This document shows, one piece after another, positions 11,800 to 20,933 of a stretch of 64,000 nt of DNA. The translations under genes and the position numbers were made by a program. The notes below the pieces were generated by a model. That model made no database searches. It saw nothing but the letters and a program-made list of their open reading frames with translations, and had not been told where the DNA came from. The DNA comes from an uncultured Acidobacteriota bacterium. GTDB taxonomy: Bacteria; Acidobacteriota; Blastocatellia; RBC074. The stretch spans positions 320,001 to 384,000 of the forward strand of contig CAWCKY010000004.1 of the NCBI GenBank assembly GCA_963796275.1, read 5' to 3'. Positions within the stretch are counted from its first letter, which is position 1; each line of letters starts with the position of its first letter.

Positions 11800-11907
11800 A
11801 GGCGGTTGTCGGTTATCGGTTGGCGGTTGGCGGTTGGCGGTTGGCGGTATTATCATTACTATCGCGAACCGATAACACTATCGCGAACCGACAACCGACA
11901 ACCGACA
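11800..11907. repeat. Heptamer-repeat palindrome (ggcggtt)n / (aaccgac)n
   Basis: Tandem 7-mers on the left arm, complementary 7-mers on the right arm, internal duplication of actatcgcgaaccga. Confidence 0.8.
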
Positions 11908-11950
11908 GAAATGTAGTACAAAAATGTAAGCTCTATCACTTTAACAACTT

Positions 11951-12006
11951 ATAAGCAGACCTTAACATAAAGTTATATTGACTCCAGATTAGATCGATGG
12001 CAATAT
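11951..12006 (+). promoter_or_regulatory. Putative sigma70 promoter with upstream LysR-type T-N11-A box
   Basis: TTGACT(11978)-17 nt-CAATAT(12001). ATAAG-cagac-CTTAA at 11951-11965. Confidence 0.5.
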
Positions 12007-12069
12007 ATCGGGGTCTGTACTTTTACGAAATATATTTCAGGAGATGAAATACTTCAGCGGGAAATTGCT

Positions 12070-12420
12070 ATGAATGTTAGGAACATCTTTATCGGAAACA
12101 TCTTCATAAAGATACCGACATTTATCCTGGTAATGGTAGTTAGCTTTGGCATAACTACACATGCGGTCAGGGCAATCGCGACAATTTCGGAATCAGAGAC
12201 CGAAAAGGTTGACCCGCAAGAAGAGAAAAAGCTCGTTCAACGTTTAAATTTATCGAAACTATCCCGACACACTCGGATAAGAAATGTGCTTCCATTCCTG
12301 GAGACGGGAGAGGAATCGAGGCCAGTTGAATCCACCGGTTATCGGGAACCCGCCATTTATTATCAGCGAACTCACAAGATTCCGATACTTCGAGCCCCCC
12401 CGACCAGCATTCCCATCTAG
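12070..12420 (+). CDS. Small signal/TM protein with C-terminal RAPP motif (candidate arrest peptide)
   Basis: Hydrophobic N-terminus, charged linker, ends IPILRAPPTSIPI*. Confidence 0.65.
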   Translation: MNVRNIFIGNIFIKIPTFILVMVVSFGITTHAVRAIATISESETEKVDPQEEKKLVQRLNLSKLSRHTRIRNVLPFLETGEESRPVESTGYREPAIYYQRTHKIPILRAPPTSIPI

Positions 12421-13042
12421 CCGGCACAAATACGCTTATACACTTGAAATTCCGTTTCCGGCATGTAAGACATATATGGAGATGGGAAAAGTGTATATTT
12501 TGTTTACGGCATTCTCTACAAATAATAAAGATCCACTGCTCTATCAGGCAATACCGCGCGCTGCGTGAAGGATTATCACTATCTATTCCGCGTCACATAG
12601 CAGGTAGGCTTGTATGCCCCGTCTGTATGCAAGTAACTAGATGTGTGTCAGCGCTGGGTGTGTGACAAAAGATAGAGCAGGTTATCAACGTGTCCCTACC
12701 CATTTTCATGGGGGTGGTTCGTGTTCACACGGTCTACTCCATCAAACAATAGGAACCGGGCAGGACGGGTTTGTAATCTGCCAACATATAAAGGTGTGCA
12801 AAATAAGACCAAGAGCAATCAGCGAACTCGAGTTCAACGCACAGGTGCGATATGTCTATTATTCAGCTTTCTAGGCGACACTTGGTCAATCACGTACGAC
12901 TTTCGGTCGTATTCACATTTCGCCCCGCTGAAGCTTGATATGAGGATGATCTTGATAAATTCGCAGGAGCTATAAACATCCGGAACTATTGATAACAGAT
13001 AACATTTAAATGGCACGCTTCACATAGCTGAGGAGTTGAAAA

Positions 13043-13687
13043 ATGGAAGAACTGGTTCAAGGTATTCATCAATTCCAAACCTCTTACTTTTGCTCGCAAC
13101 AGGAGCTATTCGAACGTCTCGCTACCGGTCAGAATCCGATGGCGCTTCTTATCACCTGCTCTGACTCGCGTATTTCGCCCGACATATTGATGCAGACGAA
13201 ACCGGGAGATGTTTTCATACTGCGCAACGCGGGAAACATAATTCCTCCCTACGGAGCATCGAGAGGTGGTGAAGAGGCGACTATCGAATATGCCGTCAGA
13301 GCTCTCGACGTCAAACACATTATCGTCTGCGGCCATTCTCTCTGCGGAGCAGTTAAAGCGCTTCTTCATCCCGAAGAGGTGGTTGAGATGCCTGCGGTAG
13401 CCAACTGGCTCTCCCACGCGGAGGCCACTCGCCGGATCGTAAAGGAGAATTACGGCCATCTCGACGACGGTTCCCAATATAAAGCCGCCATCGAAGAGCA
13501 CGTCCTCGTCCAATTGGAAAATCTCAGGACGCATCCCTCAGTCGCCGCAAAACTTTCGAAAGGTGACCTCACACTGCATGGGTGGGTTTATAAGATCGAA
13601 GCAGGTGACGTATACAGCTATAACCCGGCGCAAGGTCAATTCGAATCTTTAACCTCAAAAGCAGTAATAGCTGGAAAGGAGAGTTAA
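13043..13687 (+). CDS. Beta-class carbonic anhydrase
   Basis: CSDSR and HSLCGA zinc ligands, RNAGN motif, GAGGAG RBS. Confidence 0.96.
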   Translation: MEELVQGIHQFQTSYFCSQQELFERLATGQNPMALLITCSDSRISPDILMQTKPGDVFILRNAGNIIPPYGASRGGEEATIEYAVRALDVKHIIVCGHSLCGAVKALLHPEEVVEMPAVANWLSHAEATRRIVKENYGHLDDGSQYKAAIEEHVLVQLENLRTHPSVAAKLSKGDLTLHGWVYKIEAGDVYSYNPAQGQFESLTSKAVIAGKES

Positions 13688-13689
13688 CA

Positions 13690-15084
13690 GTGTTTAAAGA
13701 AGCTCAGCTAAAGACCTCGAAAAATGCTTCACAGCCCAACAAAGAAAGTTTATTGGGACGATTGAAGTACTACATGACACCCGTCGATGGCAGGTACGAG
13801 GACCTGCACAATGGAAAATGGTATCTGAATGTATTCAGAGATTTCACCGCCGGCTTGATTGTAGCGATGGTAGCGATCCCGCTCGCCATGGGATTCGCCA
13901 TGGCATCAGGTCTTCGACCTGAGCAGGGGATCGTAGGCGGTGCGGTCGCTGGATTGCTGGGGGCGCTTTTTGGAGGCTCAAAGTATCAGGTTTACGGGCC
14001 AACGGCTGCCTTCATACCGGTCATCGGCGGAATTATGGCAGCCTATAACTACCAATTCCTCGTGCTGGCATCATTTACCGCCGGCATCATACTCATGCTC
14101 ATGGGAGTGGCGAAACTCGGCCGACTTTCGATGTACGTTCCGCACTCGATCGTTGTCGGTTTCACTATCGGCATTGCATGTGTCATTGCATTATCTCAAG
14201 TAGGCGAGGTACTCGGACTAAAGGCGAAACTTGGTTATGGATTCTTCGAGAAGCTGCAAACAATCTGGGGGAGCCTGGGAGAGATAAGTATTTATGCGAT
14301 AATTCTAGGGTTGGGTACATTTATCTTAACCAAAGCGATCCTGAGGATTTCAATCTACCTTCCAGCGCCTTTGATCGCCATCGGAATCACGACTGCCCTT
14401 GCCGCAACAGTGTGGAAAGACAAAGGCCTCGTTTTGGTGAAGGACAAATATGGCAGTATCCCAACCGACTTCTGGGTTTTCACGCCGCCAGAGGCATTGG
14501 CGATTCCCGTGAATATGACCGTTATCGGGGATTTCGCCTATTACGTAGTCGCTATCATCTTCGTAGCGGCGATCGAAAGCCTTCTCTGTTCGCGGATGGC
14601 GGATCGACTGGCCGGAAACAAAGGGCGTCCCTTCGACCCCAATAAAGAGCTCTGGGGCCAGGGGATGGTCAATGCTGTGGTTCCTATGTTGAATGGTTTT
14701 CCGCACACCGGCGCGCTCGCCCGGACGGCGACCAATATCAAACTGGGCGCCATCTCCCCGCTGGCCGGCATCTTCAAATTCTCGCTGAAACTTCTCCTCG
14801 CGGCTTACCTCGCCACGTTCCTCGAGATTGTGCCGATGGCCTGCATCGGAGGCATCCTGCTTTTCGTCGCCTTCGGTATGGTGAAACCGGCGGAGGTCAA
14901 AGAGGTACTCGGGCTCAACAAATTCCATCTCGGGTTGATGGCCTACACCGCAGTCATGGTCGTTATCACCGACTTTCTCACGGGAGTGATGACCGCGATC
15001 GTGATCTATGCGTTGTTGACTCGCTTTCTCGACAAACCTGTGCAGCAAAAAGTCGAGAACGAGGAATATGCAGCCGCCGACTGA
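13690..15084 (+). CDS. SulP/SLC26 anion (bicarbonate) permease without STAS domain
   Basis: DFTAGLIVAMVAIPLAMGFA, GPTAAF, TGALART motifs. 2 bp from the carbonic anhydrase stop. Confidence 0.93.
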   Translation: MFKEAQLKTSKNASQPNKESLLGRLKYYMTPVDGRYEDLHNGKWYLNVFRDFTAGLIVAMVAIPLAMGFAMASGLRPEQGIVGGAVAGLLGALFGGSKYQVYGPTAAFIPVIGGIMAAYNYQFLVLASFTAGIILMLMGVAKLGRLSMYVPHSIVVGFTIGIACVIALSQVGEVLGLKAKLGYGFFEKLQTIWGSLGEISIYAIILGLGTFILTKAILRISIYLPAPLIAIGITTALAATVWKDKGLVLVKDKYGSIPTDFWVFTPPEALAIPVNMTVIGDFAYYVVAIIFVAAIESLLCSRMADRLAGNKGRPFDPNKELWGQGMVNAVVPMLNGFPHTGALARTATNIKLGAISPLAGIFKFSLKLLLAAYLATFLEIVPMACIGGILLFVAFGMVKPAEVKEVLGLNKFHLGLMAYTAVMVVITDFLTGVMTAIVIYALLTRFLDKPVQQKVENEEYAAAD

Positions 15085-15094
15085 GATGCATACA

Positions 15095-15170
15095 AAGTGA
15101 AAAGCGAAAAGGCAAAAGCGGAAATATTCCGTTCTTTTGCCTTTTTGCATTTTTTGCCCTTTTGGCATTT
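15095..15170. repeat. Periodic palindromic hairpin after sulP (probable terminator role)
   Basis: aaaagcgaaaaggcaaaag ... cttttgcctttttgcattttttgcccttttgg. Confidence 0.6.
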
Positions 15171-15280
15171 ATTCCGATCCGACCACTGGCTTTTTCAGCA
15201 ATCTCAGCAAAAAACCGGCAATAAGCAAAAAGACCGGTCTCCTGCGGTTTGTTAAGCTCTCGTAAAGGAGGGAGAAACAA

Positions 15281-16000
15281 ATGCGCAGACGAAACTACAC
15301 CTTTACCATTCTATTTGTTTGCTTACCGCTCTTTCTCGCGGGAGCTGCCCGGGCGGATGAGACGAGCGACGCGTTAGCGCGCGGTAACGATGCCTTTCAT
15401 CGCGGCCAGTATGAAATCGCGATATTCCAGTACCGTGCGGTATTGGCCTGGCATGGACCTCATCAGGCGCGCGCATATTTTAACATCGGGGTCTGCCAGC
15501 ATAAGCTTGGACGACTGAATGAAGCTATTATCGAGTATCGTAAAGCTATCAAATTACGAAACGGCCAGTATCCATCGGCTTCTTACGCACTGGGCATCGC
15601 CCTGCAGAGTATGGGAGAAACAGGTCGGGCGCGGGAGGCCTTTCAACAGGCGGTGAAAGCTTCCGCCGGAAGGCATGCCGAAGCGATTTTCGAATTAGGG
15701 CTCGAATCACATCGTAACAGTAAACTCGAATTGGCCGTTGATTATTACCGCCGAGCCATCGAACAATCGAAAGATGGCATTCCCGCTTGCCACAATAATC
15801 TCGGCGTAATCCACGCAACACTCGGAGAGTTAGAAGACGCGATGCGAGAGTTCCAAATCGCGCTCAAACAGTCAAAAAACAGATTCGCGGAAGCCCGCGA
15901 AAATCTGGAACTCTGCCGCCGCATAACGATATCTCCGTCATTGGTCGCGACACTCAAGGCAAGCGATCTCCTGCCCCATCAGCGTCTGTCTTGTGAGTGA
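15281..16000 (+). CDS. Secreted tetratricopeptide-repeat protein
   Basis: Signal peptide (AARA), repeated AYFNIG / ASYALG / ACHNNLG TPR motifs, strong RBS. Confidence 0.88.
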   Translation: MRRRNYTFTILFVCLPLFLAGAARADETSDALARGNDAFHRGQYEIAIFQYRAVLAWHGPHQARAYFNIGVCQHKLGRLNEAIIEYRKAIKLRNGQYPSASYALGIALQSMGETGRAREAFQQAVKASAGRHAEAIFELGLESHRNSKLELAVDYYRRAIEQSKDGIPACHNNLGVIHATLGELEDAMREFQIALKQSKNRFAEARENLELCRRITISPSLVATLKASDLLPHQRLSCE

Positions 16001-16144
16001 AGCGATGGTCTTATGCTACACTACATTACCGACCAGATATGAACATTATGAAGAAACGAGGTTGAGCGCGTACGAGGCACAGCTTCTCTATTTTTCTTCG
16101 TTTTCTACATTTGCCCGTATTTTGGGACAGAGGAATGTGACGAT

Positions 16145-16726
16145 ATGGTCTATCACAACATCGCAGACATCTTCGCGGCGATTGAAAAGGCGCATACACG
16201 TTTTGACGCGAGCGTCGCAGGATTGACTGATTGGCAAGAAAATTTTCGGCCGGCGCCTGATCGCTGGACGATTGCGGAGAATGTTGAGCATATAAGTATA
16301 GTCAATGGCGGCTTTCTCAGGCTCACTTTCAAATTGTTGAAACAGGCAGAAGCCAACCCGAGACCGGCGATTGCCGATCTCGAATTACCGCCGCTGACCA
16401 TGACCGATGCGGGTGAATTGAAACCCGGAAAATGGAACGCCCCGGAGATTGTACTGCCGCAGGGCGGCGTATGTGTTGCCGATGCAGCTGCAAAAATTCG
16501 ATCGGTGATAAATGACCTCTCCAATCTCAGATCGCGACTCGAATTGGTTGACTTATCCGAGCAAAATTGGCCGCATCCCATTCTCGGGCAGCTCAATCTT
16601 TATCAATGGCTGTTATTGCTTGCAGAACACGAAGAGCGGCATCGCATTCAAATCGAAACAGTGAAGGCATCGGCTGGATACCCCGCCCAGGGTAGTGGAA
16701 CTAACTCAGGCGAATCGAACCAATAG
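16145..16726 (+). CDS. DinB family protein
   Basis: WTIAENVEH, HPILG and HEERH motifs. Confidence 0.88.
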   Translation: MVYHNIADIFAAIEKAHTRFDASVAGLTDWQENFRPAPDRWTIAENVEHISIVNGGFLRLTFKLLKQAEANPRPAIADLELPPLTMTDAGELKPGKWNAPEIVLPQGGVCVADAAAKIRSVINDLSNLRSRLELVDLSEQNWPHPILGQLNLYQWLLLLAEHEERHRIQIETVKASAGYPAQGSGTNSGESNQ

Positions 16727-17050
16727 AATTAACGAGGCGACAGCGAGGATCAACCCGGCGATCTCATAGTAATTGAGTGTTTCCTGGAAAAACAGTACCC
16801 CGATTGCAGTCAGTAGCACTACCATGGAGATCGAGTACACTACGCCGATGGTCGCCAGTTTCAAATGCTTCATGACGAAGACCCAGCCGAAAGCCGTCGA
16901 AGCGTAAAGGACAAACCCGATATAAAACCACTTCGTCTTTAGCGACCTATCGCTCCCGCTCGCGAGTTTCAGGAAATAGTCGCCCAGTATCCCCACCAAA
17001 CTGAATCCGATGGTGACAATAATCGCGAGTGGTTTTTGATCGATCATCAC
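16706..17050 (-). CDS. Small 4-TM DMT/SMR-like membrane protein
   Basis: 114 aa, four hydrophobic helices, EamA/SMR-like pattern. Confidence 0.75.
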   Translation of the reverse strand: MMIDQKPLAIIVTIGFSLVGILGDYFLKLASGSDRSLKTKWFYIGFVLYASTAFGWVFVMKHLKLATIGVVYSISMVVLLTAIGVLFFQETLNYYEIAGLILAVASLILLVRFA

Positions 17051-17062
17051 TTTATATTAGCA

Positions 17063-17650
17063 TCATTTTAAGCCGAGCTTCTTACCAGCCGCCAGCAGGC
17101 TGAGCATTTCCCGAAGACGTTTCTCTCTCGTTTCCTCACGTTTGGCCCCTTCGATCCAACAGATGTACGCCCTTCGATACGATGGAGCCAACTGCTCGAA
17201 AAACTTCCACGCGCGCGGATCACTCTTCAATCGTGACTCGATGGATGAGGGAATCCCCGACCCGGAGGATGGTTGTGGCGCGTCGCCGCTCCTCTTTGTG
17301 GGTGCACGTTCTAACCCTGGCGCCGCCAGTAACCCGCGCGATTTCAGTTCCGCATATCGGCGGCGATTAATCGTCGACCACTTGCTATCCGCCTTTCGCG
17401 GAGTGAACTTTCGCGCATACTGCACATCATCAATCCTCTTGACGAGGCTATCGATCCATCCAAAGCACAGAGCCTCCTCGACGGCATCGGAGTAGCTGAA
17501 AGCTGTTACGACCCCAGGCTCCGATCGCTGCTTACTGAATATGAGCCATATCTCGGATTGCGAGTCGTAATGTTCGCTCAGCCACCTCCGCCACTCCTGG
17601 CGACTTCGCACTTCCAGCGTCTCGAAGGCTGCCGCATCACGCTTTCTCAT
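17063..17650 (-). CDS. YdeI/OmpD-associated family protein
   Basis: EEALCFGWIDS, FTPR..S.WS..N, AKREETREKR motifs. Confidence 0.92.
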   Translation of the reverse strand: MRKRDAAAFETLEVRSRQEWRRWLSEHYDSQSEIWLIFSKQRSEPGVVTAFSYSDAVEEALCFGWIDSLVKRIDDVQYARKFTPRKADSKWSTINRRRYAELKSRGLLAAPGLERAPTKRSGDAPQPSSGSGIPSSIESRLKSDPRAWKFFEQLAPSYRRAYICWIEGAKREETREKRLREMLSLLAAGKKLGLK

Positions 17651-18083
17651 AATCGAGCAACCCCGTATGCATAATCAGCTTCCACTCTTCCCCGACCCTC
17701 GTGTAGACCTTGCAGGCTCGCCCTTTCCAAAGAAAGTCATTTCCCTGGTCATCTCTCCAAAGAGTATCCACATCAACGACTGCAAATGCCCCATCGCCTT
17801 CTTCGGTTATTACGATTTTTTTGATCTCCCGCCGATTATGAATAAGCTCATGAGTATCGAACAATCGTTGCCAGTTCTGGCTCCATCTATCGTAATTATA
17901 GCGGCCAGCCCAGAAGACCCAGTCCGTAGGATCGTGAGAAGAAGCCGTGCGGGGCCAAGGCCACACCATATCGTGGTGGAATATGGTCATCAACAGCATG
18001 ATGTCTTTGGTATTCCACGCCCTCGTCTCTCTATTGACGATCTCAATAATCTCTTGTTCGATATTTTTCAAGACTCGATCCAT
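17637..18083 (-). CDS. NTF2/SnoaL-like protein
   Basis: NTF2-like pattern ending EWKLIMHTG. Confidence 0.7.
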   Translation of the reverse strand: MDRVLKNIEQEIIEIVNRETRAWNTKDIMLLMTIFHHDMVWPWPRTASSHDPTDWVFWAGRYNYDRWSQNWQRLFDTHELIHNRREIKKIVITEEGDGAFAVVDVDTLWRDDQGNDFLWKGRACKVYTRVGEEWKLIMHTGLLDYEKA

Positions 18084-18089
18084 ATCCGT

Positions 18090-18551
18090 TTACGGCGAGG
18101 AAATAGCCTCTCTATACAATCTGCCTCGTTCAAGAATCATTTCCGGATCAAGCCCCGCCAGCTCGTTGAGAAACTGATCGGTTCTCTCAGGTGAAATCAA
18201 TAGCAATGAGGTTCCGTCCCAATCTTTATACGCAATCTCAAGTCTGTCCATCGAGAGGGCAGGCGAGGCGATCCAGTTCCTCGATGGGTAAACTGCAAGA
18301 ATATTCTGAAGCGGAATCATCCAATGCTGATATCCCCCTCGAACGTGTAGATTGTATCCATCAATAGTGTAGCTGACAGGAGTAGTCAGTAATATGGGAA
18401 TCAGGCTCGCAAACATAATCACAAGCCCAATCGACCGTAGCCAGATTTCCGGCGTGAACAGAATCAAAGCAGCGCCGGCAAATACGGTAGCCAGCATCGA
18501 TCCCAAAATCACAACTAAAATCCATGTATCTTTCTTTGATTTGTAGGTCAT
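18090..18551 (-). CDS. Bacterial PH-domain membrane protein (YyaB-like)
   Basis: YKSKKD start, two TM helices, SPALSMDRLEI motif, GGAGG RBS. Confidence 0.85.
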   Translation of the reverse strand: MTYKSKKDTWILVVILGSMLATVFAGAALILFTPEIWLRSIGLVIMFASLIPILLTTPVSYTIDGYNLHVRGGYQHWMIPLQNILAVYPSRNWIASPALSMDRLEIAYKDWDGTSLLLISPERTDQFLNELAGLDPEMILERGRLYREAISSP

Positions 18552-18722
18552 AAAGTCCCTCCAAAGTGCCGTACGGGAGCGTAAGAGACCTGTGCCTTGA
18601 TCAATGTTCCATTCCCGGATGGTATGGGCCACTTGAGGATAGAACGAGGCGTTAACTCACCTTCATCAGTTACGTCTTCCCTGGGAGAACTCTTTCGGTT
18701 GAAGAGGCGTCGTCGTTTGGCT

Positions 18723-19121
18723 CTACCGTGACACAAGCGAAAGCATATTCGCGTCGCGCGCCAGCAACCATCTGCCTCCTTGTTTCTTGAGGATGGAAAG
18801 CGTATTCCCCGTACGGGTCATCGGCGAACCTCCTTCCGGCGGAGTAATCACGACCGTTAGTTTAGTCCACATATACGCCCAGTCTCCGAGGACCTGAATC
18901 TCTTGAATTTCGCTCTTGCCGTCGATGCTAGGTCGACCTTGACCTGACAGAGCCTGCAGCGCAGCCGCGAATGCCGATTTACCGATCATTGGCGGTTGGC
19001 CGGTCACCAGAAAAACGACATCATCAGCCATCAAGCTGAGGACCCTATCTGCGTCACCCGCCTTCGACGCTTCCATCCAGGTTGTCACTAACCGACGTAT
19101 CTCTTGTTCGTCGCTTTGCAT
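18723..19121 (-). CDS. SgcJ/EcaC (DUF4440, NTF2-like) protein
   Basis: DEQEIRRLV..W, LMADDVVF, WLLARDAN. AGGAG RBS. Confidence 0.85.
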   Translation of the reverse strand: MQSDEQEIRRLVTTWMEASKAGDADRVLSLMADDVVFLVTGQPPMIGKSAFAAALQALSGQGRPSIDGKSEIQEIQVLGDWAYMWTKLTVVITPPEGGSPMTRTGNTLSILKKQGGRWLLARDANMLSLVSR

Positions 19122-19369
19122 TGAATTCTCCTTGCAGTAATCCCTTACGAACATGTGCGAACTAAATCGACCCAGACAACATCGGGACATATGCCCCTCA
19201 AACCAGCACTCTGCCGCATGACCACCGCTTCATCCCGGTCGATACGTTATTCGAATGGGAAATCATGAATGAAGAGGCTGGAAGAGGCTAATGCCAATAC
19301 CCAATATCCGAGAGGACTGAATTTGAAGCCAGGCTGAGATGATTCTTCAGGTAACCATATATATTTCGA

Positions 19370-20767
19370 TCACAACGCTCCATCACTCCATGGCCCCCAG
19401 ACCGCGAATGTCAATCCAGGCGTTTGAATATTGATGAACAACGTCCGGCCATCGGGGCTGAAGGTAGCGCCCGCAAACTCCCTCATTTCAAACCCCGGCA
19501 CAATATTGCGCGCGAAATCGAAAATTTTGCCTTCCGGAGTCAGTCCGCGCACGAATTGTTCGCCGCCGCCGTCTTCGCAAATCACCAGTCCGCCGCGCGG
19601 GCTCACGCAGAGATTATCCGGGCCATCGAGGAGCTGGGCATCGGCTGATTCGAACAACAGCGTCAACACACCGTCATTATTGCTCAGCGGCGTGTACCGC
19701 CAGACCTGCCCGCGCCGCTGGTCCCCGCCGCTGGTGGCCGTAAAGAATATGCTGCCATTGCCATACCAGCATCCCTCGAGGCGAGCGAAGGTAGCCCCTC
19801 CCTTACCCAGACCCTGGCCGTACACGCTCGATCCATCCGCCGCGGCATCGGCCGGATCTGGGTCATCAATATCGATCCAGACCGCATTGAACTTCGTGCC
19901 AGCCTTTTGCCCCGAACGAGTATCGTATTTTGGATTGTCTTTTATCGCGAGCATCTGAAGCCGCCCGCCCTTGCTCAACTTCCCTTTCGTAATAGGAATG
20001 AAGCGGTAAAAGCCTGCCGACCCTCTGTCCTCCGTTTCATAAACGATGCCGGTTTGCGGATCGACCGCAATTGCCTCGTGAACGAATCGCCCCATCGCTT
20101 TGAGCGGCTCCGCCTTCTTCAAATCGTTGTTTGCGGCGAAGACTTCAAAACAATACCCGTGGTTTTTGGTGAAACCGCCCCGATCGCTCCCCTGGGGGTC
20201 TTTGAATTTTTCAGTGCCGAGCAGAGTCTCCTCACAACTGACCCACGATCCCCACGGTGTCGGGCCACCGGCGCAGTTCTGCAATGTCCCGCTCAGACTG
20301 ATGAAGTGCCGTTTCAGCTCGCGCGTCTCACTATCGATCACGAGCGTCGACGTTCCGCCTCCAGCCATCGGATCGTACGACTTGGCGGGATTACCGATCG
20401 CCACGTCCAGCTTACCCGATTGGTTGTTGATCTCGTGATTGCGGATCAGCCGGAGTTCACCGTTGATGTTGAAGGCGGCCATCCCGTCGTGCGCGCGCGG
20501 CGTCTGGTTTCCATCGGACATCTTTTCGCCGGTCTTTCCGAAAACTGCATATCTAAATCCCTCCGGCAGGGCGAGCAGCATCTCCCCGGAATTATGGGTC
20601 GGCGTCGAACGCAATACCCCATACGCTCCGTTGCCTCTCGTGGCTATCAAGTCCGCATGATTACCACTCCCGAATACCTCCCCGCGCGCGACCAACCTCT
20701 GCATCGCGAGAGCCGCACTCGCAGACAGCGAGAGAAAACTGCGACGATCAAATCGTCTCATTGACAT
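19370..20767 (-). CDS. phoX: PhoX-family (DUF839) alkaline phosphatase, Tat substrate
   Basis: RRSFL Tat motif, HDGM, NCAGG.TPWG.W..CEE, GRFVHEA, PDN, INIQ.PG. Confidence 0.88.
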   Translation of the reverse strand: MSMRRFDRRSFLSLSASAALAMQRLVARGEVFGSGNHADLIATRGNGAYGVLRSTPTHNSGEMLLALPEGFRYAVFGKTGEKMSDGNQTPRAHDGMAAFNINGELRLIRNHEINNQSGKLDVAIGNPAKSYDPMAGGGTSTLVIDSETRELKRHFISLSGTLQNCAGGPTPWGSWVSCEETLLGTEKFKDPQGSDRGGFTKNHGYCFEVFAANNDLKKAEPLKAMGRFVHEAIAVDPQTGIVYETEDRGSAGFYRFIPITKGKLSKGGRLQMLAIKDNPKYDTRSGQKAGTKFNAVWIDIDDPDPADAAADGSSVYGQGLGKGGATFARLEGCWYGNGSIFFTATSGGDQRRGQVWRYTPLSNNDGVLTLLFESADAQLLDGPDNLCVSPRGGLVICEDGGGEQFVRGLTPEGKIFDFARNIVPGFEMREFAGATFSPDGRTLFINIQTPGLTFAVWGPWSDGAL

Positions 20768-20933
20768 CCCTTTCAAAGGTGAATAGAAATTGGGATCCAA
20801 CAAGACAAAATAATTAGAGTCATGCGCTCAGAGTTCAATCGGTAAAGACCGTCTGAAGACGGAACTCCATGCGATTTCCATTCAATCTTGTCTTGTTGCA
20901 CCTGGTTGTTCGTTTGTTTCGCTATTCTTCTAT

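Noticed and set aside
11722-11856. N-terminal extension of the PSCyt ORF
   Set aside because: Read-through of the heptamer repeat. The RBS supports a start at 11721.
12284-13016. Small ORFs in the spacer before carbonic anhydrase
   Set aside because: Overlapping frames with atypical composition and no motifs. The spacer is better explained as non-coding.
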